DNA from: Candidatus Nanoarchaeia archaeon
GTDB taxonomy: Archaea > Nanobdellota > Nanobdellia > SCGC-AAA011-G17 > VGLX01
Reading direction: 5' to 3'
DNA: 35,831 nucleotides
Assembly (NCBI GenBank): GCA_038884815.1
Contig: JAWABC010000001.1
Location: 1 to 35,831, forward strand
Both the position numbers and the translations under genes were made by a program. Below the pieces are notes generated by a model. That model was not told the DNA's origin, did not search any database, and worked only from the letters and a program-made list of their open reading frames with translations. The stretch's first letter is position 1; each line of letters opens with the position of its first letter. Below, piece by piece: positions 23,043 to 31,342 of the stretch.

Positions 23043-23608
23043 TTTTTACCTCTTTTTCCGTGTGCTGCAAGGCTTGGTCTTATTTTTTCTGCTCCCTTGC
23101 CTTTGTGCCTTAAGCCTCGAGATTTCCTTCCAGCTGAGGTTATTCCCCTGAATGCCCTTCCTCTTGACTTTGCCAGCCATTCCATCCCTTTGTACTTGCT
23201 TACCAGTTGTCTGTCTGCTAGTATGATTTCGAACCAGTAGTGTTTGCCGTCTTTTGCTATTTGGTAGCTTCCTAAGACTTCGCAGTTTTTGTATTTTCTT
23301 GATGCCCTTTCTTCTGCTACCCACCTGTAGTTTTTTCCGACTATTTTTCTCCTTCTGTATGCCTTTGGTCTTCTCCCACCTTTGAACTGTTCTCTTGTCC
23401 TTCCTCCTCTTTTTACTTTTACCCTTACCACAACGTATCCCTGCTTTGCTTTGTAGCCTAGGGCTCTTGCTCTGTCTACCCTTGTGGGTTTTTCTATTCT
23501 CGTGATTGCTGGTTCCTTTCTCCAAGCTATCATCCTCTCTCTCCATATCGCTTTAAATTCATCGCTCGGGTTCCTGTATTCCTGTTCTAAGTATTTTCCT
23601 ATTGACAT
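23039..23608 (-). CDS. rpl15e: 50S ribosomal protein L15e
   Basis: 189 aa. YLEQEYRNPSDEFKAIWRERMIAWRKEPAITRIEKPTRVDRARALGYKAKQGYVVVRVKVKRGGR is the characteristic L15e N-terminus. This is an archaea/eukaryote-specific protein. Confidence 0.95.
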   Translation of the reverse strand: MSIGKYLEQEYRNPSDEFKAIWRERMIAWRKEPAITRIEKPTRVDRARALGYKAKQGYVVVRVKVKRGGRTREQFKGGRRPKAYRRRKIVGKNYRWVAEERASRKYKNCEVLGSYQIAKDGKHYWFEIILADRQLVSKYKGMEWLAKSRGRAFRGITSAGRKSRGLRHKGKGAEKIRPSLAAHGKRGKN

Positions 23609-23650
23609 ATCCTTTTCTGTTCTGAAACTGGGTTTTTAAAAGTTTTGTTT

Positions 23651-23971
23651 TTAAGCCTTGTAGAAATCCTCTTTTCTCATCATTTTTAGTTGTATTTCAC
23701 TTATCTTTTCTTTCAATATTTTTGATTGTTGTCTTGCTGCTATCGCATTTACGTACATTTCTTTCAGTTCATTTTGCAATTTTGTTAAGGCACCCTGTAA
23801 TTCTTTGAGTGCCTCATAACACTTATTCTCCACATAATTCAATTCTTTTAGTTTGTCTTCTATGTTTAGCTTCCTTAGTTTTTCTTCTCTTTCAAGGCAT
23901 TCCTCTATCAAATCCTTATGTTTCTCCCTTTCCTCAGGTGTTAATGTTTTTATGTATTCTGACACTTTCAT
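23651..23971 (-). CDS. Coiled-coil protein, unknown function
   Basis: 106 aa with K/E/L-rich heptad-like sequence throughout. Confidence 0.5.
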   Translation of the reverse strand: MKVSEYIKTLTPEEREKHKDLIEECLEREEKLRKLNIEDKLKELNYVENKCYEALKELQGALTKLQNELKEMYVNAIAARQQSKILKEKISEIQLKMMRKEDFYKA

Positions 23972-24009
23972 TTTGTCTTCTGCTTATGCCCTTGTTTATA
24001 AAGCTTGTG

Positions 24010-24567
24010 TTAGTAGCTGAAGAAGTAAATCTTTACGTTGGCCATTTTTCTGTAGAACTTAAGTTCAGGAGTCTTTTCTCTAGGCATTACAAATATTCTG
24101 TCAAGCCCATTCCATAATGTGAACCAACCAGCTGGTTCGAACAGCACAAATAACATGTTGAAGAGGAACCCTTCCTTTGTGTAGAGCCATGTTGCGATGA
24201 ATATAAGGGTTGCACCCAGCAAAAACCAGATCAGTCCTTCTTTCCTGGTCTTCTTTACTTCATTCTCTTTTTCTTTGTAGTGCTTCTGAAAATGGTTTTT
24301 CAGCCTTTTTCTTATCTGTTGCTCATAATCATAGTTCCTTCTGTGACTTGGAATTAATAACCTCAGTTCTAACCCTTCTTCCCGTTTATCCACCGATGCC
24401 TTCTTGCATTCTGTGAGGAAATCGTCAGAAAGCGCTTTTTCAGAGTATGGTCTTGGGTCAAAGCTTGAGAATATGTCGTTGTAGGAATCGAGTATCAGGC
24501 TTATGTTTCCTTGTTTCAGCTCTTCGGAAATCTTTTCTTTTTGTGTTTTTGTACCTCTTTTCTCCAT
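24010..24567 (-). CDS. Membrane protein, unknown function (charged N-terminal domain plus two TM helices)
   Basis: 185 aa. It has a hydrophilic N-terminal half and two TMs (GLIWFLLGATLIFIATWLY and FLFNMLFVLFEPAGWFTLW). Confidence 0.55.
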   Translation of the reverse strand: MEKRGTKTQKEKISEELKQGNISLILDSYNDIFSSFDPRPYSEKALSDDFLTECKKASVDKREEGLELRLLIPSHRRNYDYEQQIRKRLKNHFQKHYKEKENEVKKTRKEGLIWFLLGATLIFIATWLYTKEGFLFNMLFVLFEPAGWFTLWNGLDRIFVMPREKTPELKFYRKMANVKIYFFSY

Positions 24568-24665
24568 ATTATTGTTTTTGGGTTTTCGGCTTTAAATGTT
24601 TTGTGTTTGGAAAATCTTTTTAAACTAGTTTTTCATCAATATTAATCAAAAAGGAGGTTGATGTT

Positions 24666-24944
24666 ATGAATGACATACTGCTCGCAGGTATAATGGGTGG
24701 TTTTGGTGGTGCTGTGAGGGCTACGGTTGGTTTGTCAAAGGCTGTTAAAAAAAGGAGAAAGATTAAGTGGGATTATTGGTTGACAACAACCGCCATTGCA
24801 GTCGTTATAGGTACCTTCGCTGGTATGGTTCTGAATTTGGATTACAAGATGAGTCTTCTTGCTGGCTATGCCGGTACTGATTTGTTAGAGGGTTTGTTTA
24901 AAACTATTTCAGGGAGAGGTTTTGACATTAGGTGTAAATTCTGA
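24666..24944 (+). CDS. Small membrane protein (Gly-rich TM helices)
   Basis: 92 aa. A strong SD (AAGGAGGT) lies 7 nt upstream of the ATG. TM segments: LLAGIMGGFGGAV and TTTAIAVVIGTFAGMVL. Confidence 0.55.
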   Translation: MNDILLAGIMGGFGGAVRATVGLSKAVKKRRKIKWDYWLTTTAIAVVIGTFAGMVLNLDYKMSLLAGYAGTDLLEGLFKTISGRGFDIRCKF

Positions 24945-24945
24945 A

Positions 24946-25158
24946 TTATTCTTTTGACCTTAAGCCTAGTATGCTTATTATGAATACTACTAAGTACATC
25001 GTGAACCCGTAAACGCACACTGGTATCCCACCTATATTGCTGCACCCTCCTATAGGACAGACGCCTGAGAATAGTTCTGTGTAGCTTAGGTATCCTGAAA
25101 ATATCATCCCCAGTATTGATAATACCATTATTGTTTTTAGCGCAGTATGTTTTTTCAT
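24946..25158 (-). CDS. Small two-TM, Cys-containing membrane protein (weakly VKOR-fragment-like)
   Basis: 70 aa. FSGYLSYTELFSGVCPIGGCSNIGGIPVCVYG resembles the helix-loop region of VKOR/DsbB-type thiol oxidoreductases (weak, from memory). Its start overlaps the stop of the upstream micro-ORF (ATGA). Confidence 0.45.
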   Translation of the reverse strand: MKKHTALKTIMVLSILGMIFSGYLSYTELFSGVCPIGGCSNIGGIPVCVYGFTMYLVVFIISILGLRSKE

Positions 25159-25325
25159 TTTTTATTCCTCACAGAATTACACAGCAGCATCCCGAGGAAA
25201 CCTATTCCTAATCCTATAAACATCCCTGCTACAACCTCATCGAGTAAAAATCCGAATCCCATGCCGAGGAATATCCCTGCTGGTATGAATAGTCCAGAAA
25301 GGTTTTCTTTCTTTTTTTTCTTCAT
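25155..25325 (-). CDS. Micro membrane protein, 56 aa (below ORF-track cutoff)
   Basis: Manual translation: MKKKKKENLSGLFIPAGIFLGMGFGFLLDEVVAGMFIGLGIGFLGMLLCNSVRNKK*. A GAGGTGG SD lies 5 nt upstream of ATG 25325. The stop is fused to the next start by ATGA at 25155-25158. Confidence 0.5.
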   Translation of the reverse strand: MKKKKKENLSGLFIPAGIFLGMGFGFLLDEVVAGMFIGLGIGFLGMLLCNSVRNKK

Positions 25326-25441
25326 TGGACCACCTCTTTAGTGTATATTTTAGAATTTATGGATTTTTATGTTTTTCTAAAAGCAATATTTTAAATACTC
25401 TTTTTTACATAAAAATATATATTGAAAAGGAGGTTTTCAAA

Positions 25442-26143
25442 ATGGTTGATTATTCAGCTTCTGTAAAAAGGCCTTTTTTGGACATTAAGAACCTGATTAT
25501 AGGTATACTTCTGAGTATCCTACCTGTTGTCAGGTGGTTCGCTTTTGGCTACATACTTGAGTGCACAGGTTTGAGTAAGAAAAAGGTTCCTATTAACAAG
25601 TCCCCTGTTTGGACTGACTGGCTTGACTTGTTTGTTAGGGGTTTGTTGGCGACTGTGATTTACATACTATACTTCTTGCCAGCTATTGTGATTGGAGTGA
25701 TCAGTATTGCTTCTTTTTTGGGCATTCTGATTTCAACGGTTGGCTGGACTGCTTTGTTGACTGGGGATTCCATGGCAATTTCTCAGGCTATAAGCGCTGA
25801 GTGGGCTAAGTTTGGTGGCGCGATAATTGCTGCCATGCCATTTCTGTTCATAGCAGGTATTTTGGCTTTGCTGGCTGCCTATGTTTCTCCGATGGCTCTG
25901 TTGAACTACGTCAACTTTAACAATTTCTCCAAGGCTTTCGCCTTTTCAGATGTTTTTAAGAAGGCTTTTACAGGCAAGTACTTTGTTGTCTGGCTTGTTG
26001 CTCTTCTTATTTCGATAGGCGTTGGTTTGGTTCTTGGCTGGATTCCTTGGGTTGGTGAGCCTGCTGCCTATTTCATTGGTGGTGTTATTGGCTTCACTTT
26101 ATATGGCCAGATTTATAAAGAGCTTAGCGGTAAAAAAGCCTAA
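25442..26143 (+). CDS. DUF4013-like polytopic membrane protein
   Basis: 233 aa from ATG 25442 (SD AAGGAGGT upstream). The track start at 25325 is an untenable extension. N-terminus: MVDYSASVKRPFLDIKNLIIGILLSILPVVRWFAFGYILE, followed by multiple TMs typical of DUF4013 (from memory). Confidence 0.65.
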   Translation: MVDYSASVKRPFLDIKNLIIGILLSILPVVRWFAFGYILECTGLSKKKVPINKSPVWTDWLDLFVRGLLATVIYILYFLPAIVIGVISIASFLGILISTVGWTALLTGDSMAISQAISAEWAKFGGAIIAAMPFLFIAGILALLAAYVSPMALLNYVNFNNFSKAFAFSDVFKKAFTGKYFVVWLVALLISIGVGLVLGWIPWVGEPAAYFIGGVIGFTLYGQIYKELSGKKA

Positions 26144-26153
26144 GTATTTTTTA

Positions 26154-27020
26154 TTATTTTTTTATTCCTTTTAGAAGTAGTGCAGCCCCTATTATACCTC
26201 CATCCTCCAGTTTTGTTTTTGCTATTTTTGTTTTTACGAACTCTCTTTGTCTGATTGTTTTAATCATTTCTTTTTGGAATAAGTTCCAGCTTTTCGCCAG
26301 TCCCCCTCCAATTATTATAACCTCGGGATCAAAGCTGTTTGCTATGTTTACTAATCCCACCCCTAAATGCTTGCCAAACTCCTTGTAAGCCTCCTTTGCT
26401 TTTTTGTTCCCTTTTTCTGCCAGCTCTGCTATAGTCTTTGGGTTTATCTTTTTTCCGAATGTCCTTTGTATTGCTCTTGCCGAAGCGTATTCTTCAAAGC
26501 AACCATAGTTGTTACAGCACGTGCTTTTTATCCCGTCAAAGTTTATTGTCATGTGTCCTATTTCAACTGCGTTTCCTTTCCCACACCACATTTTTCCATC
26601 GGCTATAACGCCACCCCCTATTCCAGTACCTAGCGTTATAAAAACAAAATTTTTATGACCAACTCCTGCACCATATTTTGCCTCTGCAAGTGTTGCAGCC
26701 TTTACCTCATTGCTTATTATTACTTTTTTTCTAAATTTTTTTTGCAAGTGTTTTTTTATGTTGAATCCATTTAGGCATTTTATGTGAGGGCTCCTTATCA
26801 CAATGCCTTTTTTAACATCCACCATCCCAGGAAACCCTACTCCTATCCCTTTCACGCTTTTATCATTTAGTAAGTCAACAAGCCTTGTTATTTTTTGCAC
26901 TACCTTATCTCTTCCTTGGCTGGCTTTTGTTTCAACTTCTATCTTTTTTATCACTCTTGAACCTTCAACGAGTCCTGCCTTTATTTTCGTTCCGCCAATG
27001 TCAAGTCCTATTACTTTCAT
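26154..27020 (-). CDS. ROK-family sugar kinase (glucokinase-like)
   Basis: 288 aa. It has the N-terminal ATP motif MKVIGLDIGGTKIKAG and the ROK Zn motif GHMTINFDGIKSTCCNNYGCFEEYAS. It overlaps the upstream PGI/PMI gene by 4 nt. Confidence 0.85.
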   Translation of the reverse strand: MKVIGLDIGGTKIKAGLVEGSRVIKKIEVETKASQGRDKVVQKITRLVDLLNDKSVKGIGVGFPGMVDVKKGIVIRSPHIKCLNGFNIKKHLQKKFRKKVIISNEVKAATLAEAKYGAGVGHKNFVFITLGTGIGGGVIADGKMWCGKGNAVEIGHMTINFDGIKSTCCNNYGCFEEYASARAIQRTFGKKINPKTIAELAEKGNKKAKEAYKEFGKHLGVGLVNIANSFDPEVIIIGGGLAKSWNLFQKEMIKTIRQREFVKTKIAKTKLEDGGIIGAALLLKGIKK

Positions 27021-27937
27021 TTTTTTGTCAGTTGTTTTTTCAAGTAGGTTATTAGCTTGTTTTCGTAAGGGTTAATCCTTTCAAGAATTCCTAGTTGGTA
27101 TGTTACCCAATCTCCGAAGTGTATAGCATAAAATATCTTTGCTAAGTCGCTTTTTCCTCTCATCCACACCTCGTTCACTTCTATCTTCTTAGCTATTATT
27201 TTTTCTGTTGCCTCAATTCTCTTTTTTTCTTTCTTACTTTCACCTTTATGCCTTATGACTATTAATTCAAATCTTGCTGGTCTTTCATATCCTTCTATTG
27301 CGTTGTGGTCAAGTTCGGGAAACTCAAGTTCTATTGCTTGCATCTTGCTGTTTTCATTGAATTGTTGCCTCCACCTTAAACCTACTGACTTGTATTTGTT
27401 TGGCACGCAAATTATCGGCACCTTACCTTTCAGCCCTTTTGCTAATTTTTTGGTTTGTTTCTTGTCCAAGCTTTTTATGACTTTAATAACTTCTGCTATG
27501 TTTTGTTTCCCGATAATGCCAGAATTCTCCAGTATTTTCAGCATAGGGAAGAATAGGTAATGCAGAGCATACCTTGTTGGTGTTATCCGCGGTATTATTA
27601 TTGCATTTTTCTCAATGCCAAGTTGTCCACCTGATGTTATTATCACTATGTTCTTTGTTTTTTTCTTCGCTTTTTTGTAGCAGCTTATGGTTTCCTCCGT
27701 TTCTCCAGATGCGCTCACTATAAAGACAAGTGTTTTTTTGTCTACGTATTTTGGTATTTCATAATCCTTGTTTGTTATAACTATCTTGTCTTTTAGCAAA
27801 TCTTTGAGTATGTCTCCTGTAATCCCGGAAGCGCCCATACCGCACACTACTATCTTGTCTGCTTTCTCTACTTTTATGTTTCCTAGTTTTGTTGCTTCCT
27901 TTATCTGTTCAGGTACTTTTTTTAGAATTTCTTCCAT
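27017..27937 (-). CDS. Bifunctional phosphoglucose/phosphomannose isomerase (archaeal PGI/PMI, SIS domain)
   Basis: 306 aa with SIS motifs VVCGMGASG and VSASGETEETIS. Size and layout match the crenarchaeal-type PGI/PMI family (from memory). Confidence 0.8.
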   Translation of the reverse strand: MEEILKKVPEQIKEATKLGNIKVEKADKIVVCGMGASGITGDILKDLLKDKIVITNKDYEIPKYVDKKTLVFIVSASGETEETISCYKKAKKKTKNIVIITSGGQLGIEKNAIIIPRITPTRYALHYLFFPMLKILENSGIIGKQNIAEVIKVIKSLDKKQTKKLAKGLKGKVPIICVPNKYKSVGLRWRQQFNENSKMQAIELEFPELDHNAIEGYERPARFELIVIRHKGESKKEKKRIEATEKIIAKKIEVNEVWMRGKSDLAKIFYAIHFGDWVTYQLGILERINPYENKLITYLKKQLTKK

Positions 27938-27938
27938 C

Positions 27939-29045
27939 TCACTTTACTTGTTGGAACCTATTTTTTAGTCTCTTCATCACATCCGGAAGTGTTGTGTATT
28001 CCATGTCCGCTAAGGGTAACCTGTGAGGTTCGAAAGGCCCGTGTCTTCTCATGTAGTCTGCTGCTTCTTGTGCTCTTCTCCTTGTGAAATCGTAAGCGAC
28101 ATCTTCAAACAGGTCAACGGGTCCTACCAGTTTTCCGTTTGCAACTTGGAAACCTAAGGCTACAACTCTTGGTGGTCCGTCAAACCTTGTGCATCTCGCA
28201 TCTTTTAAGCCAACTGGCATTAGTGGTCCGTTGTGGCTTCCTCTCATCCACCCATCAACTAGATGGGGGAATGAGAATGCTTCTAAAACTTCTCCCAGTG
28301 CTGGTAACCCTGACTGTGCTCTCACAATGCCACAAGGATCATCTTTTCCCACGTATTTGTGTGCAGTCTGGTATAATTTTTCTGTTGACATCACTGCTAC
28401 TGGCTCGTCTCTTGGTAGTTTTTCTCCTCTTGGGTAAACCCTTTTTATTACGTATCTTGACCTGGCACCAATCAAAGTTAGCAAATCGTATACTTCTTCT
28501 GGGCAGTCAAGCATTATTCTTTTGTGTTCCATTATGTCCCAGACCTCAAACCTGAAGCCTGGCCTCATGGTTGGGTCTATTACTAGTCCTGCTGTGTTGA
28601 ACGGGTCAGCGAACATCTTGAATATGGGGAAGTTGAACGCTCCTGGTTCTGTCTTGTCCAACATGAAAACAACTAATGGTTCTCCTGGCCTTTCTGTGAA
28701 TTCCATTTCTGCTACACCAGGCCCCATTCCTTTGACGTTTCCTGAGAATGCTTCTTTTAGAAGGTCTTGTCCTGCTCCGTATAGTTTTAGTTTTTTTGCT
28801 ATTTTTGTGCATGCAACAAAAGTGTCCCATGCGAGTTTGTGTATGGTTGTTGAGTCAACCCCTTTGTTGTGGCTCATTATCAGCTCTAAATCGTCTCCGC
28901 AATGGCTTATGTGGTAGTCTATTAGAAGTTTTTTCTTTTTTTTAAGCTGTTTTTCAGCCTCTTTTATGAGTTCTGGGTGTACTGTGCTGTGCCCGGGCCA
29001 TCCTCCTACGTCTGCCTTTATTACTGAGATTGTAACCTTTGGCAT
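27939..29045 (-). CDS. fbp: Fructose-1,6-bisphosphate aldolase/phosphatase (class V FBPase)
   Basis: 368 aa from ATG 29045 (SD AGGTGAT upstream; the track start at 29069 adds 8 aa). MPKVTISVIKADVGGWPGHSTVHPEL is the hallmark N-terminus of FBPA/P. The family signature runs throughout (GDDLELIMSH..., MGPGVAEMEF...). Confidence 0.92.
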   Translation of the reverse strand: MPKVTISVIKADVGGWPGHSTVHPELIKEAEKQLKKKKKLLIDYHISHCGDDLELIMSHNKGVDSTTIHKLAWDTFVACTKIAKKLKLYGAGQDLLKEAFSGNVKGMGPGVAEMEFTERPGEPLVVFMLDKTEPGAFNFPIFKMFADPFNTAGLVIDPTMRPGFRFEVWDIMEHKRIMLDCPEEVYDLLTLIGARSRYVIKRVYPRGEKLPRDEPVAVMSTEKLYQTAHKYVGKDDPCGIVRAQSGLPALGEVLEAFSFPHLVDGWMRGSHNGPLMPVGLKDARCTRFDGPPRVVALGFQVANGKLVGPVDLFEDVAYDFTRRRAQEAADYMRRHGPFEPHRLPLADMEYTTLPDVMKRLKNRFQQVK

Positions 29046-29093
29046 GAATATCACCTCTTTATTATACATATTCGGGAATTTGAAAATATTTAA

Positions 29094-29465
29094 ATGTTTT
29101 CTTATTTACTCAAAACAAGGGTGATGGGGGTTAAGATGAAAGCAAAGGAGTTTTTTGAGTTGGCTGCTAAGGAAATATTCTATGCACAGGGCTTTGTAGG
29201 TGAAAGTGTTAAACATCCAGATGTTGTAATCTTAACAAAGGATACTGCTGAGGCCACAGCAGGAAACTTAAGGCTCTGTATGTGTGAAACTATAGATGAT
29301 AGAACACTAAAAAGTTTTTTGGATCAGGCCACAAAAACCAAAGAGCTTGGCATAGGGCTCAGGGTTAATGAGCATTTTGTGGGTAGTGGTTGCTATTTTG
29401 TAGAAACAAAGGTTCCTGTCCACTGGTATCTTGCAGCTAGAAACGAGATTTTGCCTGAGCATTAA
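29094..29465 (+). CDS. Hypothetical protein between fbp and the GAPOR-like gene (start uncertain: 29094, 29124 or 29136)
   Basis: 123 aa maximum. A TATA-like AAAATATTTAAA at 29083-29094 favours a downstream ATG (29124 or 29136). I recognise no motif. Its stop overlaps the GAPOR-like stop (TTAA at 29462-29465). Confidence 0.5.
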   Translation: MFSYLLKTRVMGVKMKAKEFFELAAKEIFYAQGFVGESVKHPDVVILTKDTAEATAGNLRLCMCETIDDRTLKSFLDQATKTKELGIGLRVNEHFVGSGCYFVETKVPVHWYLAARNEILPEH

Positions 29466-31342
29466 TTAATATTTTTATTATTTTTGTCTATTACTTCATT
29501 GACCCCCCTTATTACTTCTTTCCAGTATTCCTCTGCTGCTTTCCACTTGTCTTTTCTGAATTTGTTCACCCATTCCTCCAGTTCCTTATTCTGTTGGTCT
29601 GCCCTGTAAAGCTTCTCGTAATACATTTGTATAACATCTATTACTTTTTCACTCTCCCACATTTGTGGTTGCTTACACAGATTGTTCAAATTCCTTATTC
29701 TCTGCACGAGTTTCCTGTGATGCTCATAGTAATTCATATTCAACCCCATCAAACTATTTACCATTTTTTCTATAAGCTTTTCAGACCATTTTCTGTGGAA
29801 TCTGCATATCCCTGTATTTTCAGAGTACAACTCTTTAATTATCCTGTCTGCTGAGCTTTTTCCCAATTCGTAAGGTGTTTTGAATCCTATCTCGTAATCG
29901 CTTAGGAATTTTCCTTGTATCGGTATTGGTAAGAAAAATGCTGGCACCCAGTACTGGCATGGTGCTATGCTTCCGTTTTCACAGTTCGGTGTGTACAATG
30001 CTAGGTTCATCGCCTTTTTTCCTAGTTTTCTACTTGCTTCCCTTATCCCTTTTTGGAATATTTTTCCTTTTTCTGTAAGTATCATCTCCGCTATCTGTAT
30101 TGCATATTCAGCATTGTGTTTTGAATCATTAACAACATCAAAGTTCTCGTACCTGAATCTCGGTTTTCCTTGCAAGCCATAATTTTCAGGGTTTATTACA
30201 TCCTGGTCTATTAAATCCATTATCCAGCTTATCATGTTGCCGCCTTCTATGGCATCGTAGCCAAGTTCGTCTATCCTGTGTACCAGTAATTCTGCCGCCC
30301 TCTGGTCGAATATTCCAGAATTCGGGCCGTTTGCTTCGTAAGGTTCGTAATCCTTCTTGTATTTCTTATCCCATTTCTTGCACATTATCGGGCATGTTTC
30401 GCCGCATGTGGTGAAGTTTTTTGGCTGTATTATTTCTTCGTTGAATTGTTTTAAGTAATGTTCCTGGATTAGTGTTTTGTACATTTCTTGTCTTTGTGAA
30501 TCTGTGTAATAAACCGAGTTCCAGTTGAAACTTAAGAACCATTCTTTGAGGGTTGTGAAGTTGCTCCCGAAGGTGCCCCCTGATTTTAAAGTGTCATCAT
30601 AGTAATATTTTTTGCCAGCATTCATTATTGCCTTTGCCATTACTTCTTTGAATTCTTCTTGGAATATCTTGTTTATTTTTTGTAAGTCCTTTAGCCTTGC
30701 ATCATTCTCGTAGTTGCCGCCGTATATTATTGCCACCACTTTATGTTTTTGTGCCAGTAAACTTCCAAATCCTCCTCTTCCTGCCCATGAGTCAACCCCT
30801 TCTCTAAAATGGTTTTTATCTATGACTGTGCTTACTATCGCCCCGTAGTTTGTTTTGAGTGCTGCTGGTCCTACAACGAGTATTCTGAATTGCGCATTGT
30901 CGTTTATGTAGTCCTTTGCATATTTGTCAAATACGTATTCTTGCAAGGCGTGAGCTCCTTTCTTGTTTTTGTATTTCTTAAATATTTTTTCCAAATCTTC
31001 TTCTTCTATATCGTAAAATTCTACTTGTTGATTTTTTAGCTTTAATATTTGGTATTTTTTTCCTTTTCCTGAGATTGCGACGTAATTAACTCCGAGGCTG
31101 TACATGGGATGCGCTGCTCCCCCTGCCGTTGACGTTACTATGCCTTCCCACAAGGGTGATTTGTTTACAAATATTAACCTGTGAGTTCCGGGTACTATGG
31201 ACCCTGCAAGTGGCCCCATCCCAAACATGAAAAATTCTTTTTCGTAGTTGTTTACTGCAAAGTCTACTGGTCCAAATCCTTCAATGTCTTCTACTCTCCC
31301 TATTTTCTTGTCCAGATTTATGAATAATGCTTTTTGTTTCAT
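29462..31342 (-). CDS. gor: Aldehyde:ferredoxin oxidoreductase family protein, most like glyceraldehyde-3-phosphate:ferredoxin oxidoreductase (GAPOR)
   Basis: 626 aa. The segments GMGPLAGSIVPGTHRLIFVNKSPLW, FRILVVGPAALKTNYGAIVS, IQPKNFTTCGETCPIMCKK...YEPYEANGPNSG and ICRFHRKW closely parallel what I recall of Pyrococcus furiosus GAPOR, rather than AOR or FOR. It is translationally coupled to tpiA by ATGA at 31339-31342. Confidence 0.72.
   Translation of the reverse strand: MKQKALFINLDKKIGRVEDIEGFGPVDFAVNNYEKEFFMFGMGPLAGSIVPGTHRLIFVNKSPLWEGIVTSTAGGAAHPMYSLGVNYVAISGKGKKYQILKLKNQQVEFYDIEEEDLEKIFKKYKNKKGAHALQEYVFDKYAKDYINDNAQFRILVVGPAALKTNYGAIVSTVIDKNHFREGVDSWAGRGGFGSLLAQKHKVVAIIYGGNYENDARLKDLQKINKIFQEEFKEVMAKAIMNAGKKYYYDDTLKSGGTFGSNFTTLKEWFLSFNWNSVYYTDSQRQEMYKTLIQEHYLKQFNEEIIQPKNFTTCGETCPIMCKKWDKKYKKDYEPYEANGPNSGIFDQRAAELLVHRIDELGYDAIEGGNMISWIMDLIDQDVINPENYGLQGKPRFRYENFDVVNDSKHNAEYAIQIAEMILTEKGKIFQKGIREASRKLGKKAMNLALYTPNCENGSIAPCQYWVPAFFLPIPIQGKFLSDYEIGFKTPYELGKSSADRIIKELYSENTGICRFHRKWSEKLIEKMVNSLMGLNMNYYEHHRKLVQRIRNLNNLCKQPQMWESEKVIDVIQMYYEKLYRADQQNKELEEWVNKFRKDKWKAAEEYWKEVIRGVNEVIDKNNKNIN

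Noticed and set aside
23046-23546. A 166-aa Lys/Arg-rich ORF in a second frame of the rpl15e strand.
   Set aside because: It is a frame-shifted reading of the highly basic L15e gene. The L15e frame carries the conserved family sequence, and the alternative frame is compositional.
25325-25441. An N-terminal 39-codon extension of the DUF4013-like ORF, and the + strand ORF at 25147-25341.
   Set aside because: The extension crosses an AT-rich promoter-like region and precedes a strong AAGGAGGT SD for ATG 25442. ORF 25147-25341 is antisense to the better-supported 56-aa micro-ORF.
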